DNA of 64,000 bases. Origin: Malacoraja senta (taxonomy: Eukaryota). The position numbers were made by a program, and so were the translations under genes. The DNA lies in NCBI GenBank assembly GCA_038087875.1, contig JAXLNO010004395.1:1-64000 (forward strand), in the 5' to 3' direction. Numbering within the stretch: the stretch's first letter is position 1; the number at the start of each line of letters is the position of its first letter. Below the pieces are notes generated by a model. It worked only from the letters and a program-made list of their open reading frames with translations, was not told the origin of the DNA and did not search any database. Positions 27,428 to 40,334 of the stretch are shown piece by piece.

Positions 27428-28467
27428 TAGCAATGTCACAAAATTTTGAGATTTAAAAAATCAAGTCTGCAATTTATCCCATCAGATAAAGCATAAAAAG
27501 AAGTTTAATTTGACACCTAATCCACTTTCATATCTTCTGTATTAAAAAAGTTTGGCCATTTTCATACTCGGAAATTAGCATCTTGTTCCCTATTGCTTTT
27601 CCATTGACTTAACACAAAAGCTGTGATCAAGGACAGTCAAAAGCCCATAACTTTCTTAAAAATTAAGAGAACTTAATGACATTTTCAGTTATTATAGATT
27701 GAAGCATTCTGAAACAAATATGAAACAATCTTACTTGGATGACCTGAAATTAAAGCATATAATTAGTTAACCCAATTGTAGCTAATTACAAAATTCAATT
27801 ACTAGATCTAAATATCTATCCATTTCTTAAGAAAAAGTTAACATTTTTAAAAAGCCTAAGTGTCCAAATAACATTCACACAAGAATTCACAATATAACAT
27901 GATTTTTAAATCTCATTGTCATTAATTTATAGGCCAAATGGAAGGAATTTAGTGTTTAATTCCTGTAAATTAATGGCCATTTAAATCATCTTGCGAGTGG
28001 GATTTTGTGGAACGCGCTGGTTTGGAACGCTGCGGTTGCACTGAATTAAACCCCAATATCGGCAGGAAAAATACTGCCGGTTGGTATATTTAAATAATCA
28101 CATTTTCGCAACTTGACATTTTTATTAAAGGCATCCTAAGAAGCAAGTTTATATGAAAAAATAAATGGTGTACCTTGCCTTGTCCCGTGCGTGAAATCCG
28201 TCCCCGTTGTCGGCGTTTACGGCATTTGAAGATGATTTTAATTTTACTCCACCAATTAAATTATAAAGCGCTAATATTAATAAACTTAATAAAACGCAGT
28301 CAAAGCAATTTTTCTTCATCAACTATTTAGCCTGTTCAAGATCGTTTAGAACAGGCTGCCGAAATATCGCATTTTAAACCCGCCCCCCTCTCAAAGGCGC
28401 CAAAGTCGCGCACACGGGCAGTGACAGAACTGCAGCGCCGCTGAAGGTAAGTTTTGTAACATACCTA
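27428..28467 (-). mobile_element. Non-autonomous DNA transposon, ~1.04 kb, TAG..CTA termini (copy 1)
   Basis: TIRs TAGCAATGTCACAAAA / TTTTGTAACATACCTA with GATG on both sides. Homologous along its length to 48708-49747 in the opposite orientation. Confidence 0.8.
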
Positions 28468-28542
28468 GATGTAGTCACAATGATTAAAATGGAAACAACA
28501 GAAGATAATGATTATCTATGAAAGAATATTTAACGTTCTTAC

Positions 28543-28809
28543 CCCAGATGATGGTCTTCCCACCGGGCAGGCTGCTGTGATCGACATGACAGGAATACTG
28601 TTTCCCATCATACGGATCATACTCAAGGACAGACCTTAGATGATATGTTCCATCGTTGTTGGGTATGACCCCAGAAGATTTGGTCTCAGAGACATGTTGA
28701 CCATTCTGCAACCAGCTGACTTTGATGGCCGGTGGGTAAAATCCAAACACAGTGCAGTACAGGACTGAATGATCATCAGGGCGGGCAGCGAGAGTGACCT
28801 CAGGGGAAA
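28543..28809 (-). CDS. MHC class I exon 4 (alpha3 Ig C1-set domain)
   Basis: 267 nt, acceptor ctgtcttgtag, donor G|gtaaga. SPEVTL...LYCTVFGFYPPAIKVSW...PNNDGTY...YSCHVDHSSLP. Confidence 0.95.
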
Positions 28810-31800
28810 CTACAAGACAGTAAGTTGGTTATTTTCATCTTCAGTAAAACGTGCAGTCACCCATCACAAAATATTCTTCAATCTACTACAACCACCAAGT
28901 TACTGTCCGCATCTGCCCCATTTTGCCTCTTTCGTCCCATCATCCAAACACGTGGTTTAAAAGGGATCGCACGCTCCCTGTTAAGACAGTACACAAGAAA
29001 GTTTGGAAGTACGTACCATTAAATTCAGGAACAGCTTCTTCCCCGCTGTTATTGGACTACTGAATGGTTCTCATGTAAGATAAGATGTTGCCCTGATCTT
29101 CCAACCAATCTCATTGTGATCCTTGCTACTCTTTTTGATCTGCACTTTCTCTGCAACTGTAATGCTATGATATTGTAACCCGATATTCTGCACTCTGAAT
29201 ATTTTTGCTCTTTGCACTGATCTACTTGTGGATGGCTTGATTGCACATGTGAAGTATGATCTGATTGGATAACACACAGACAAACTTTTGACTATATCTC
29301 AGTTCACGTGACAATAATAAACTAATACCAACAGTAAATCTTTTCACTAGGGCACATTATTGACAATAATGAATAATTGACAAGTTATGAAATGAGGGCC
29401 AATTGGGGAGGGGACAAGCTTAAAATTGGCAGTATTTTCACTCCTCTTCAATAAGAGATAAAAGAGACCAGTCATTTGTTTACAAAATCTCTTTTTGCAG
29501 AGTGTGGTCATTCTCTGGCGCCAGAGATTTGTGAAGACAAAATCATTGGAAGCATTTAATATGGCGGTAGTTAAACTTTTGAAAGATTGGAGAATTGAGT
29601 GCAATGAGGAACTGGCACCGAACAGGAGTTGATGCCTGAGGAACGACAGCCATGGTCATATTGAATGGTGGGCAGGTTAGAGGACCAAATGGCTTACTTG
29701 ATAACTGAGGAGAAAATCAGGCTTCTGAATGATCGTTCCATAAGCTAGGGTACTGTCCAATTGACCACTACCCCATTACAGACAGTGGACTTTGTTTATG
29801 GAACTATGCAGGAAGGAACTGTAGATGCTGTTATAAACCGCAGATAGACACAAAATGCTAGAGTAACTCAACGGGTCAGGCAGCATCTCTGGAGAGAAGG
29901 AATGTGTCACGTCTTGTGTCAAAACCCTTATCTAATGGAACTGGTGTGCTACATTGCTGAGAACTATATGCCACACTCTGTACCTTCCCCTTTGCTCTAC
30001 CTTCAGTTCTTGAGTTGACTTGATCATATATATGTATGTTGTTATCTCATCCAATTGGATAGCATGCAACTACCTGGAAAGTTGCTGCCTTACAGTACCA
30101 CAGACCAAAGTTCAATCCTGACAATGGGTGCTGTCTATATAGAGTTCATATATTCTCTCTGTGACCATGTGAGTTATCTCCGGGTGCTACAGTTCCGTCA
30201 CATTCAAAGACGTGCAGGTTTGTAAGTTTTTTGGCTTCTGTAAATTGTCCCTAGTGTGTAGGATAGAACTAATATTTGGGTGGTCGTTAGTCAGCACAGG
30301 TTCAGTGGGCCAAAAGGCCTATTTCCATGCTGTACCTCGAAACTAAACGTGACAATAATAATCCGAAACTTATCCCTGTGCCTATCTGTAGATTAGTGTC
30401 ACTCATACTGTGGCTCCACCCACAGGCTTATTAGACAGCTCTCTCTCTCTCTCTCTCTCTGGTAGACTGGTAGTAAGCATGCTGAGAAGAAAGCACCTTG
30501 TGTTTCCTCTGCAATGTTACTAATAACCACTATGTGTGAGTTTGATCATTCTTCCAACACTATCTCTTGTGTTGTTACGTCTCTGGAACAAAGTGGTAGC
30601 TGCGCTTAACTTTGTTGTAGCATAACTGTTTATGCTGAACAATTCATGAAAAAAGTCTAAAAAGGATAAAGAACAAGTGATTCCAGCATGTTGAAAGATA
30701 ATTGGGACTGATACATAATGGGGTGGCACTGCGACACAGTTCAGTGATGAGGGTTTGATCACAATCTTGAAACAGAAAAACTTAAACTAAGGCAGGCGCC
30801 TCTACTTCATCAATCCAGTGCTGTTATGACACTGGGCCTTAACATGAGAAAATTACAAATTGCGTATTTCCTTAGGGCAAAATCAGACTTCTCAGAGACT
30901 TGAAAGCTGCAAGATAGTACTGGAATGTGGTGGATCTCTGCGTGCTGTTCCAGAAGAGGACGAATTGTACTTATGTACAGTATGACTTGACTGGGGAGAA
31001 TGCAGAACAACCATTTCACTGCAGATAGACACAAAAAGCTGGAGTAACTCAGCGGGACAGGCAGCATCTCTGGAGAGAAGGGACGGGGTGTCCAGCATCT
31101 GCTGTTCCATCCAAACCATTTCACTGCATCTCTGCATGCATGAAACTAAACAGAGTTATATAAAATGCAGCACATACTGCAGTACTCAAGTAGGTCAGGC
31201 TGTCATGATTTTGCTGGTGGATAACTTTACTGTAATTTAAAAAACACAAAAATGTGCAGGTGTAACTCAGTGGTTCAGGCAGCATCTGGAAGACATGGTT
31301 ATGTAATCTTTCAGCTTGGGATCCTGCTTCATACTTCTTGCATCTGTTCTTTCTGTCTTCAACTTAACAGTTGAAAGGACCAGTTTGTTTATCGACAGGG
31401 AATGCAACTCGTTGAATGTGGAATTGAGTTTGAAAGGCTGCAACATGTCCAGACAGAAGCTGAGTTGTTGGTCCTCAAGGTTACTTTCACCCTTGTTATC
31501 CTAGTGTAAGAGGTACAGATGGATGGATGATGGTGGGTATTGAATGGAGAATTAGAGTGGCAGGAATTAGGAATCTTAGAAAGTCCCATGGATTGAATGC
31601 AGGTTCTCCAGAAAGCAGCCATTCTATTTGTTTCATTGATGCAATGTGGAAGATTACGTCATGAAAACCAAATGCAGTAGATTTGACTGGAAGTCCAAGT
31701 GTTTCACGTTGTTTCACTTTGAAGAACTACCTGGGTCTATGGACAGTGGTAAATGGATAGATGTTGCATGCACCAAGACAGGAAAGTAGAGGAAAGTTGT

Positions 31801-32061
31801 GGGCATAGTAGACAGACCAGGGAGTGAAAAAGGGAATGACTACTTCAAAATATAGAATGGGGATCAGGGCAGGAGCGGAGGGAGAAATGGATTGACTAAT
31901 TGAATCAGATTTAAACTGGGAGGAAGTATTCAACATGGAGGCTGGAGGAGTGGAAAACATATCCCTGCCCTGTCCAATGAGAATATATAGAACATAGAAC
32001 AGTACAAGAACAGGACTTTCAGCCTGCAATGTCCATGTGGAACAGGATACCAAGTTAAACT

Positions 32062-32355
32062 GAGGCAACACAGAGGCACAGTGATAGAGTGGCTGTCTTA
32101 CAGCATTAGAGACCCGGGTTCGATCCTGACTAGAGTGCTGTCTGGACGGAGTTTGTACGTTCTCTCTGTCACCCTGTGGGTTTTCTCTGGGGGCTCCGGT
32201 TTCCTCCCAAATACAAAAGACATGCAGGTTAATTGGCTTCTGTAAATTGTCCCTAGCTTGTAGGACAGAAATAGTGAATGGGCAATTGCTGGTCAGTGCA
32301 GACTCAGTGGCCCAAAGGTGTTGTTTCCATACTCTATCTCTAAACTAAACCAAAA
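32062..32355 (+). mobile_element. HE1/V-SINE-like SINE
   Basis: GGGTTCGATCC B-box, same body as 23712-24005, (CTAAA)n tail. Confidence 0.8.
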
Positions 32356-32925
32356 CTAATCTCCACTGCCTGCATGTGATCCATATCCTTGTATTCCCTG
32401 CACATTCACAAGCCTGTCCAAAACTTTCTTAAGCACCATTATCATGTCATCCTCTACCACCACTCCTGGTAGCGCATTCTAGGTATCAAGCTCTCTCTGT
32501 GCAAAAAAACACTTGACCTGCACATCTCGTGTAAATTTTGCCCTTTCGAAGCTTAACGCTGTGCTCTTTTGAGATGTGTGATAGACATGCAATCCCATTA
32601 GGGGCTGTCAACTGTGGTCAAGAAAATCCATGGTTAACTAATATGAAAGACATCAATTACACTTTCTCCCTGTCAAACAGGGATGTAATGCTGAGGTTCT
32701 ATAAGGCACCAATCAAGCCACATTTGGAGCATTGTGAGCAATTTTGGGCACCATATTTGAGGAAGGATGTGCTGGCTCTGGAGAGGATCCAGAGGAGGTG
32801 TCCAAGAATGATCCCAGGAATGAATGGGTTAACATATGATGACCATTTGATGGCAGTGGGCCTGTACTCGCTGGAGTTTAGAAGAATAAGGGGGGACCTC
32901 ATTGAATCATACAAAATAGTGAAAG

Positions 32926-34242
32926 ACTGTTTGCCTTTTGATATTGGTTCAATTATGTTTGCTCCCACAAAATTGCATTAAAAAACCTATAGTGAAAATT
33001 CTATTATAGTGGTATACGAATTTGGAAACAATTAAAAAAGACTTTAAAATTGGATAATTTATCACTCTGTCTCCCCATTATAAACAACCCTTTATTCAAA
33101 CCTTCCATGTTGGATGAAGGCTTTACACAATGGAAAAATTATGGAATTAAAAAGATGGGACATCTTTATAGGAAAGGCACTTTTCTTTCATTTCAGGAGT
33201 TACAACAGATTTACGGACTCCACTCAAATAACGTTTTCAGATATTTACAACTTAAAGATTACATTAAATCAAATACATAAGATTACAGAACTAGGGAACC
33301 AGAAATCCTTGATGAATGTTTGAATAAACATCCTAATACAGAAAAATTAATATCTCATATTTATAATACCCTCTTAGATAGTGAGGTCCTGCCGACGGAT
33401 TTATATAGACACACATGGGAAAATGAATTAGGCCAACCCATAACGAAAGATATTTGGGACGAAAGTCTACAATATATACATCAATGCTCGTTAAATGCCA
33501 GACATGCCTTAATACAATTTAAAGTATTACATAGATTGCCAGCATTTAGAGGCTAACTTAACTCATACCTTTGTAAATTGTATAAAAATCAAAAATTTCT
33601 GGAAGGACATTTTCAGAATAATTTCTGAAGTAGTCAATACCAATTGGATCCCGACTCAAAACTAATAATATTAGGAATATCAGAACAAAGCCTAAGACTT
33701 ACAATAAACCAAAGAAACTTTCTTGATTATAGTATAATAATTGGGAAAAAATTAATATAAAAATTTTGGAAAGGTCCTATAAACCCCACAATTAAAATGT
33801 GGATTATGGAAATGTCAGAGACCTTACATTTGGAAAGAACTAGACTTGTCTTAATTGACAAACTTGAATTATTTAATAGAATATGGTCTCCATTTATTGA
33901 TTTTTTGAAAGGGTAAATTGGTTCAGCACAGGAATCTGACTGAAATCCAAGCTCAGGATTAGATGAATAGTTATGCTTTATAACCTACGGACCTATCTCC
34001 AAAGTTGTATTATTGGTAAATTATTCCATTCTTCTTTATCATGCCTTTTTTTAAATTTCTCACTTTCTATCTATAAAACAAAACTAAATAGAAGCAGATT
34101 TAATATACAATTGATAAAGGAGGACCACTATTATTTTGATAGCTGGATTCCCACCTATTAGCAAAGTAGGATTGATATATAAGAAATGTTTGTATTATGA
34201 TATGCACATGCTTCTAATAAAAATATATATTTTTTTTAAAAC
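32926..34242 (+). mobile_element. 5'-truncated L1 3' fragment inserted into a CR1 fragment (about 32640-34600)
   Basis: ORF2 C-terminal remnants (FRYLQLKDY, HALIQFKVLHRL). 12-bp TSD AAATAGTGAAAG at 32914-32925 and 34243-34254; CR1 continues on both sides. Confidence 0.85.
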
Positions 34243-34881
34243 AAATAGTGAAAGGCTTGGATAGATGTGGATGTGGAGAGGATGTCTCCAATGGTGGGAG
34301 AGTCTACGACGAGAGGTCATAGTCTCAATATTAAAGGACATTCCTTTAGGAAAGAGATGAGGAGGAATTTATTTTGTCAGAGGGTGGTGATTCTGTGGAA
34401 TTATTTGCCACAGAAGGCTGTGGAGTCCGTCAATGGATATTTTTAATTCTTGATTAGTATGCAGGTCAGGGGTTATGGGGAGAAGGCAGGAGAATGGGGT
34501 TAGGAGGGAGAGATAGATCAGCCATGATTGACTGGCGAAGTCGACTTGATGGGCCGAATGTTCTAATGCTGCAGCCATCACTTATGACCTTATGACTCAG
34601 TTGGCTTCCTCCATGTGCTCCAGTTTTGACCAATATACCAAAGACGTGCCAGTGAGTTAGTTGGACATTGCAAATTATCCGTCGTGGAGCTGAATGCAAG
34701 GAGAATCCAAGGGAGCTGAGTGCAAGTTGTGAGAGAGAGCTGTGGAAGTTTGTCGACATTGCGTAGAAAACTAGCATAGAATCAATGGGCCGAATGACCT
34801 TTCCCTCTGTCATGATTGGGTCAGAGATAATATTACTCATTGCCTACCATTGCAAAACAACATCCTTTGTTCTGAACTCAC

Positions 34882-35157
34882 CTTTTCTGGTCAGGAATGT
34901 CTTTCCAATTGCATAGTATGTAAGCCATAGATCCACACAGTCATGTTCTAACAAGCTCTTGAAATAACGGTTCATTTTTTCATTCTTGTCCCATTTCTCT
35001 TTGAAGGGCTCAGCTATTGGATCATGCACCGTCCACTTTAGCTTGTCCTTATCAAAACTAAATGCATAACTTCCATCAAAAGCCAACTTCAATATCCCTA
35101 CAGTGGGACTGTGATCGTTCACCTCACAACCAAACTGTCCTTGAACGTAGTGATAAT
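34882..35157 (-). CDS. MHC class I exon 3 (alpha2 domain)
   Basis: 276 nt, acceptor tttttatttcag, donor G|gtgagt. HYVQGQFGC...LAFDG...KEKWD...EHDCVDLWLTYY...G contains the C101-C164 pair. Confidence 0.95.
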
Positions 35158-35377
35158 CTGAAATAAAAATAAAAATAATTATTTGATTAATTGTTATGAC
35201 TGGGTAATTTCTGAACACCAGGGTCCAAGTCATTTATATATGTCACAACTAGCAAGGGTCACAGCACAGATCCCTGCAGAACTCTACTTGTCACTGAACT
35301 ACAGCCTGAATATTTGTCTTTCCGTGCAACTGTAGAGACCATATTATTGTATGGGTGTGAGGCATGGACTCTCACTC

Positions 35378-35844
35378 CAGCACTGTCCGCTGCTCTACAT
35401 CGGTGAGACCAAGCGCAGGCTTGGCAATCGTTTCGCCGAACACCTCCGCTCGGTTCGCAACAACGAACCTCATCTCCCGGTGGATCAGCACTTCAACTCC
35501 CCCCTCCCATTCCAAATCCGACCTTTCTGCCCTCGGTCTCCTCCATGGCCAGAGTGAGGACCACCGTAAATTGGAGGAGCAGCACCTCATATTTCGCTTG
35601 GGCAGTTTACACCCCAGCGGTATGAACATTGACTTCCCTAATTTCAGGTAGTCCTTACTTTCCCCTCCCCTTCTCAGCTCTCCCTCAGCCCACTGGCTCC
35701 ACCTTTTCCTTTCTTCTTCCTGCGCCCCCCACCCCCACCCCCACATCAGTCTGAAGAAGGGTTTCGGCCCGAAACGTTGCCCATTTCCTTCGCTCCATAG
35801 ATGCTGCCTCACCTGCTGAGTTTCTCCAGCACTTTTATCTACCT
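35378..35844 (+). mobile_element. Penelope-like element 3' part (GIY-YIG endonuclease) with a terminal hammerhead motif
   Basis: CPLLYIGETKRRLGNRFAEHLRSV...KLEEQHLIFRLGSLHPSGMNIDF, then a pyrimidine-rich spacer, CTGAAGA...GAAACGTT and the short terminal repeat. Confidence 0.9.
35751..35778 (+). ncRNA. Minimal type-I hammerhead ribozyme motif
   Basis: CUGAAGA-A-[GGGUU UC GGCCC]-GAAAC-GUU: catalytic core, stem II hairpin, and loop-less palindromic stem III (AACGUU), at the 3' end of a Penelope ORF. Confidence 0.7.
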
Positions 35845-37972
35845 ATGCATGTCCCTGTCCATGTGTCTTTTAAATATTGTTATTGTACCTGCCGCAACTC
35901 CATTCTCTGGCAGGTCATTCCATATGCTGACCACTCTCTGAGCACAAAGTTTGCCCCCAAGTTCCAATTAAATCTTCCCCCTCTCACATTAAACCCATGT
36001 CCTCTAGTTATTTTATTCCCCTTCTCTGGGTAAAAGGCTCTGGGCATACACTCTATCAATTCCCCTCATGATTTTAAGCACCCCTATATGATCACCCCTC
36101 AGCCTCCTGTGCTCCATGGAATAAAGCCCTGGCTTGCCCAATCTCTCCCTCTTGTTCACACCCTTGAGCCCCGACAATATGCTCATAAATCTCATAAACA
36201 TAACAATGTTGCAGATAATATGTGCACCATAAATAATGCAAATAAGAAAAAATATTTTTGAAGGCAATATGATTCAATAAACATGGTTCTATGAATCAGA
36301 TAATAATCTAATAAATGTCATTCACATGTATTCACATATAATTTGAAAATAATAATAAATATATTGCAAGATGTGGAAATTGATAGAAATTATGCCCAGT
36401 GCATAATATTTTGATGTATTGTTCCCTGTTTGTACCCTCACCCTGTTTTAGTCCAGTTAAAGATTAATAATATAATTTATTTAATGTGTAACCAAAGAGG
36501 TAACAAAAAGCAATCTTTTCAGCAATAATTAATCATGAATGAATGATACTTTATTGTGACATGTGACAAGTCACAGTGAAATTCTTTGTTTTGTAAACCC
36601 AACGTATGTCAAGATTCTTCACATAAAGGGCACCGACAAAGTTAGAAAGTCTCCCACACCAGGTCCTCCTTTGTCCCCCACCTCACGATTGTCCCCTCAT
36701 GCCTAGTCCTGCTTTGTTCAATGGTACACTACGAATGTCATTGAATTAACACAGTAATGGTGATAGGACTTATTGATTTACAATATAAAACGTGTCCAAT
36801 TGCAAATTATATGGATATACAAGTGTGGTGCAGACGGATTTGGACAGCCTACTTTACAATTGGTGCCCAAGATAATTTAGAGATATAGCACGAAAACAGC
36901 CCTTAGAGTCCACAGTGACCAGTGATCCCCTTTGGCATACAGGCTTGGAGTGTGGGAGGAAACCGGGGCACCCGGGGAAATCCCACGCAGGTCACGGGGA
37001 GTACGTACAAACTCTGTACAGACAGCACCTGAGGCCAGGATCAACCCTGGGTCTCTGGCACTACGGCAGCATCACTACGGCTGAACCACAATGACATTTA
37101 GGTTATCCTTTAAATATTTCACACAACCTTTCTTTCAACATTTGTCAATAAAAGTAAAAACAATTGCTGAGGTACGCAAGGGATTTTAACCATTCAAAAA
37201 GCCGCCAACATTTCAATGATTTGTAAAATGCTGGAAGCACAGCAAGTTCAACAGAACCTATGGAAAGATAAACAAAATTAATGCTTCAGAATTGTGAGAA
37301 TGTGTAAGTTACAGACAGGAGTGGGAGGCATGGTTGGACATAGGGAGTATCACTGATAAGGTAATTACAGGTTTCCATGGTGATAAACTGACTATGAAGC
37401 CATCAGACAATGGCATTTTTGGTTTTTATTTCACATATGCAGCATCTGCAGTTCTTAGGTTAGTGACTCAGCATGGAAACGGGCCATTCTGCCCACCAAT
37501 TCCATGCCAACCATCGATCATCTTTCACACTAGTTCTATGTTATCCCAAAATGGACACAAAATGCTGGAGTAAGTCAGGGAAAACACTCTGTCTGAGGAA
37601 GGTCTTGACCTGAAAAGTCATCCATTCCTTGTATCCAGAGATGCTGCCTGTCCCGCTGAGTTACTCCAGCACATTGTGCCTATCTTTGCTGTAAACCAGC
37701 ATCTTCAGTTCCTTCCTACACATCTATGTAATCCCACTTCCTCACCCATTCTCCGCACACAAGAGTAATTTACAGAGCCCAATTAACCTACAAACTCTCT
37801 CGTTTTCAAGATATGGGACGAAACCGGAGCACCTGGAGGAAATATCTGTGGTCACAGGGAGAACGTGTAGTCAGGATCAAACCTGGGTCTCTGGCACAGC
37901 GAGAAATTTCTTTGAGATGTTTTTTTATGAACATTGATCACACTCCAAATGTAGTGAAATGAATGAACTAAC

Positions 37973-38234
37973 TTGCTGTTTCGTTCTGCCTCCGCATCCA
38001 TTCATCGACTTGCCCTTTGATGATTCCATGGAAACCAGTTTCAAGAGACAGTATTTGTTACCCAGTAATTCCTGTCAAATGCAGCCGCCATCCATTTCTG
38101 TCTTGGAACTGTAATGACCATGTTTTTGTCATAATACTGTATCTCACAACCGTCCAGAACACCCACGACACTATATTCTGGTAGATGAGTACTCCCGTGG
38201 TTCAGGGTGTAGTAATAGATCAGTGTGTGAGGCC
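37973..38234 (-). CDS. MHC class I exon 2 (alpha1 domain), frameshifted near 38041-38050
   Basis: Acceptor ttttatttgtgtctag|GG CCT CAC. Reads GPHTLIYYYTLNHGSTHLPEYSVVGVLDGCEIQYYDKNMVITVPRQKWMAAAFDRNYWVTNTV, then TCT TGA. The shifted frame continues LETGFHGIIKGQVDEWMRRQNETA to the donor A|gttagt. Confidence 0.9.
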
Positions 38235-38602
38235 CTAGACACAAATAAAATAATACAATTATTCTCAAGTAATAGAAATTTCTATGGATAGGAAAGGTTT
38301 GGAGGGAAATCGGCAAAACACCAATTGGATTTACATTGCACTAAACATGATATCCTTTATCCTGTATCTATAGATTGTGAACGGCTTCATTGTAATGTAG
38401 TCTTTTCACTGACTGGATAGCACACAAGAAACATTGCCACTGTAAAACAGTACACGTGACATTAATAATAAATTAAACTAAGCTAAAATATAGATAGATG
38501 GGTCAAGGGTAGATGGGGCATCTTGGCTGGCATAGATAAGCTGGGCTGAAGGGCCTGTTTCTATGCTGTATATGATTCTAAATGTCAAGCTTACTTAGAT
38601 TA

Positions 38603-38898
38603 TTTTAGTTTAGTTTAGAGATACAGTGTGGAAACAGGCCCTTCAGCACAAGTCCGCACAGATCCCCGCACATTAACACTATCCTACACACGAAGGACAA
38701 TTTACATTTATATCAAGCCTATTAACCTACAAACCTGTACGTCTTTGGAGTGTGGGAGGAAACCGAAGATCTTGGCGAAAACCCACTGGTCATGGGGAGA
38801 ATGTACAAACTCCGTACAGACAGCAGCCATAGTCAGGATCGGACCCGGGGCTCTGGCACTTTAAGGCAGCAACTCTATCGCTGCCCCACCGTGTCGCC
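38603..38898 (-). mobile_element. HE1/V-SINE-like SINE
   Basis: Reverse complement of the SINE consensus, with a (TTTAG)n tail at the left end. Confidence 0.85.
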
Positions 38899-39969
38899 CT
38901 TACTGATCAACATTTGGAAATATGATATTCAGATATTCCACCCACAAAGGGAAGTCACGGCAGTTATTTGGTTCACAGGCCACCATTTATTGCTCCGTGT
39001 GTCGTTAAAGAATAAAACCTAGGGGTAGGTATTGGAAATATCAGGAAGATAAAAAGAGATCAAGTCCCAAAATAGTTAGTATGGACTTGATTGGTCAAAG
39101 GGCTTGTTTCTGTGCTGCACTCTCTATGCTGCACTCTCAATTTAGTTGCATCACATCATATTTATAAGTCGTAACCTTCAGTTGATTAGTCTAACAAGGG
39201 TTCATTCGCTCGTGTGTCAGACGAGGTGTAGCTCACTGTTGGCTTCTGTCGTCGTCCAACATGTTGACAGAATTGGTCGCCCGACGCGTCACAGAGAGCA
39301 TCGTGTCGTCGGTTCCGTGGATCGCCACGAGGAGGCTTCTGCATGATCCCCCACAAAAGGGTGACACGGTGGAACAGCGGTAGAGTTACTGCCTTACAGC
39401 TCAAGAGACCGCCAGGTTCAATCCTGACCATGGGTGCTGTCTGTATGGAGTTTTTACATTCTACCTGTGGGTTTTCCCTGGGTGCTCCAGCTTCCTCCCA
39501 CACTCCAAAGATGAGTTTGTAGTTTAATAGGGTTTGGTAAAGATTATAAATTGTTGCTAGTCTATAGGATATTGCTACTGTATGGGGATCGCTGTTCAGC
39601 GTGGACTTGGTGGGCTCAAGAGCCTGTTCCAATGCTATATATCTATACCATCTTCAGCTGCAATATACAGTAAGTTGTCCAAATCGGATTGCATCATGCC
39701 AGTACAACAAGAGCAGACAAAAAATATCAATGTAACATTTAACTTCTGCTTTGATATGACCTCCTGGTGACTTGTTCACCACATCCCCCTTTGTCAGGGA
39801 GTTCCCCAATGGTCTCACTGGAGAGGCCCCACATTCACACTTACTCAAATACCACACATTTCCTGCTAGACTAGTTTTTCAACTGTTTACTCTCACAGTC
39901 TGCCCTGTGAACATGCAGAAATTAACATCACAAAACATCAGGATTGAACAACTCATTATCAACCTTAAA

Positions 39970-40245
39970 CACAAAGTGCTCAAGTAACTCAGCGAGACCG
40001 GCAGCATCTCTGGAGAAAAAGGCTGGATGACACTTCGTGTCAGGACCCTACTTCAGTCTCAAGCAGGGTTAGTCTGAAGAAGGGTCCCAACCCGATACAT
40101 CAGTCTGAAGAAGGATCCCAACCTGAAGCTTCACCCAGCATTACCCATCCTGTATCTACAGAGATGCTGTAGAACACCTCTGACCCGTTGAGTTACTCCA
40201 GCACGTTGTGACTCTCTTTGGTACAAACAAGCATCTGCAGTTCGT
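39970..40245. mobile_element. Fold-back Penelope-derived element with tandem degenerate hammerhead motifs
   Basis: Inverted arms (agtaactca.../...tgagttactcc). Two CTGAAGAAG-hairpin-GAnAC units on + at 40074 and 40105, and one remnant on - near 40030-40057. Confidence 0.65.
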
Positions 40246-40334
40246 TGTTTCTACATCATTATCTATCTCTTTGAGAAAGCGTTCCCATATAATTTGCATC
40301 CTAACAAAATGAGATCACACAAAGTTACCAATAA

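Noticed and set aside
39650-39900. Closer alternative promoter/leader for the MHC gene (GGGAGTTCCC kB-like site plus CCAAT at about 39797-39810, hydrophobic codons at about 39690-39745)
   Set aside because: No ATG-initiated open hydrophobic frame ends at a phase-1 GT donor (ATG TTA CAT TGA stops immediately). The 62124-62175 exon fits far better. The kB-like site could still be an intronic enhancer, but this is unsupported.
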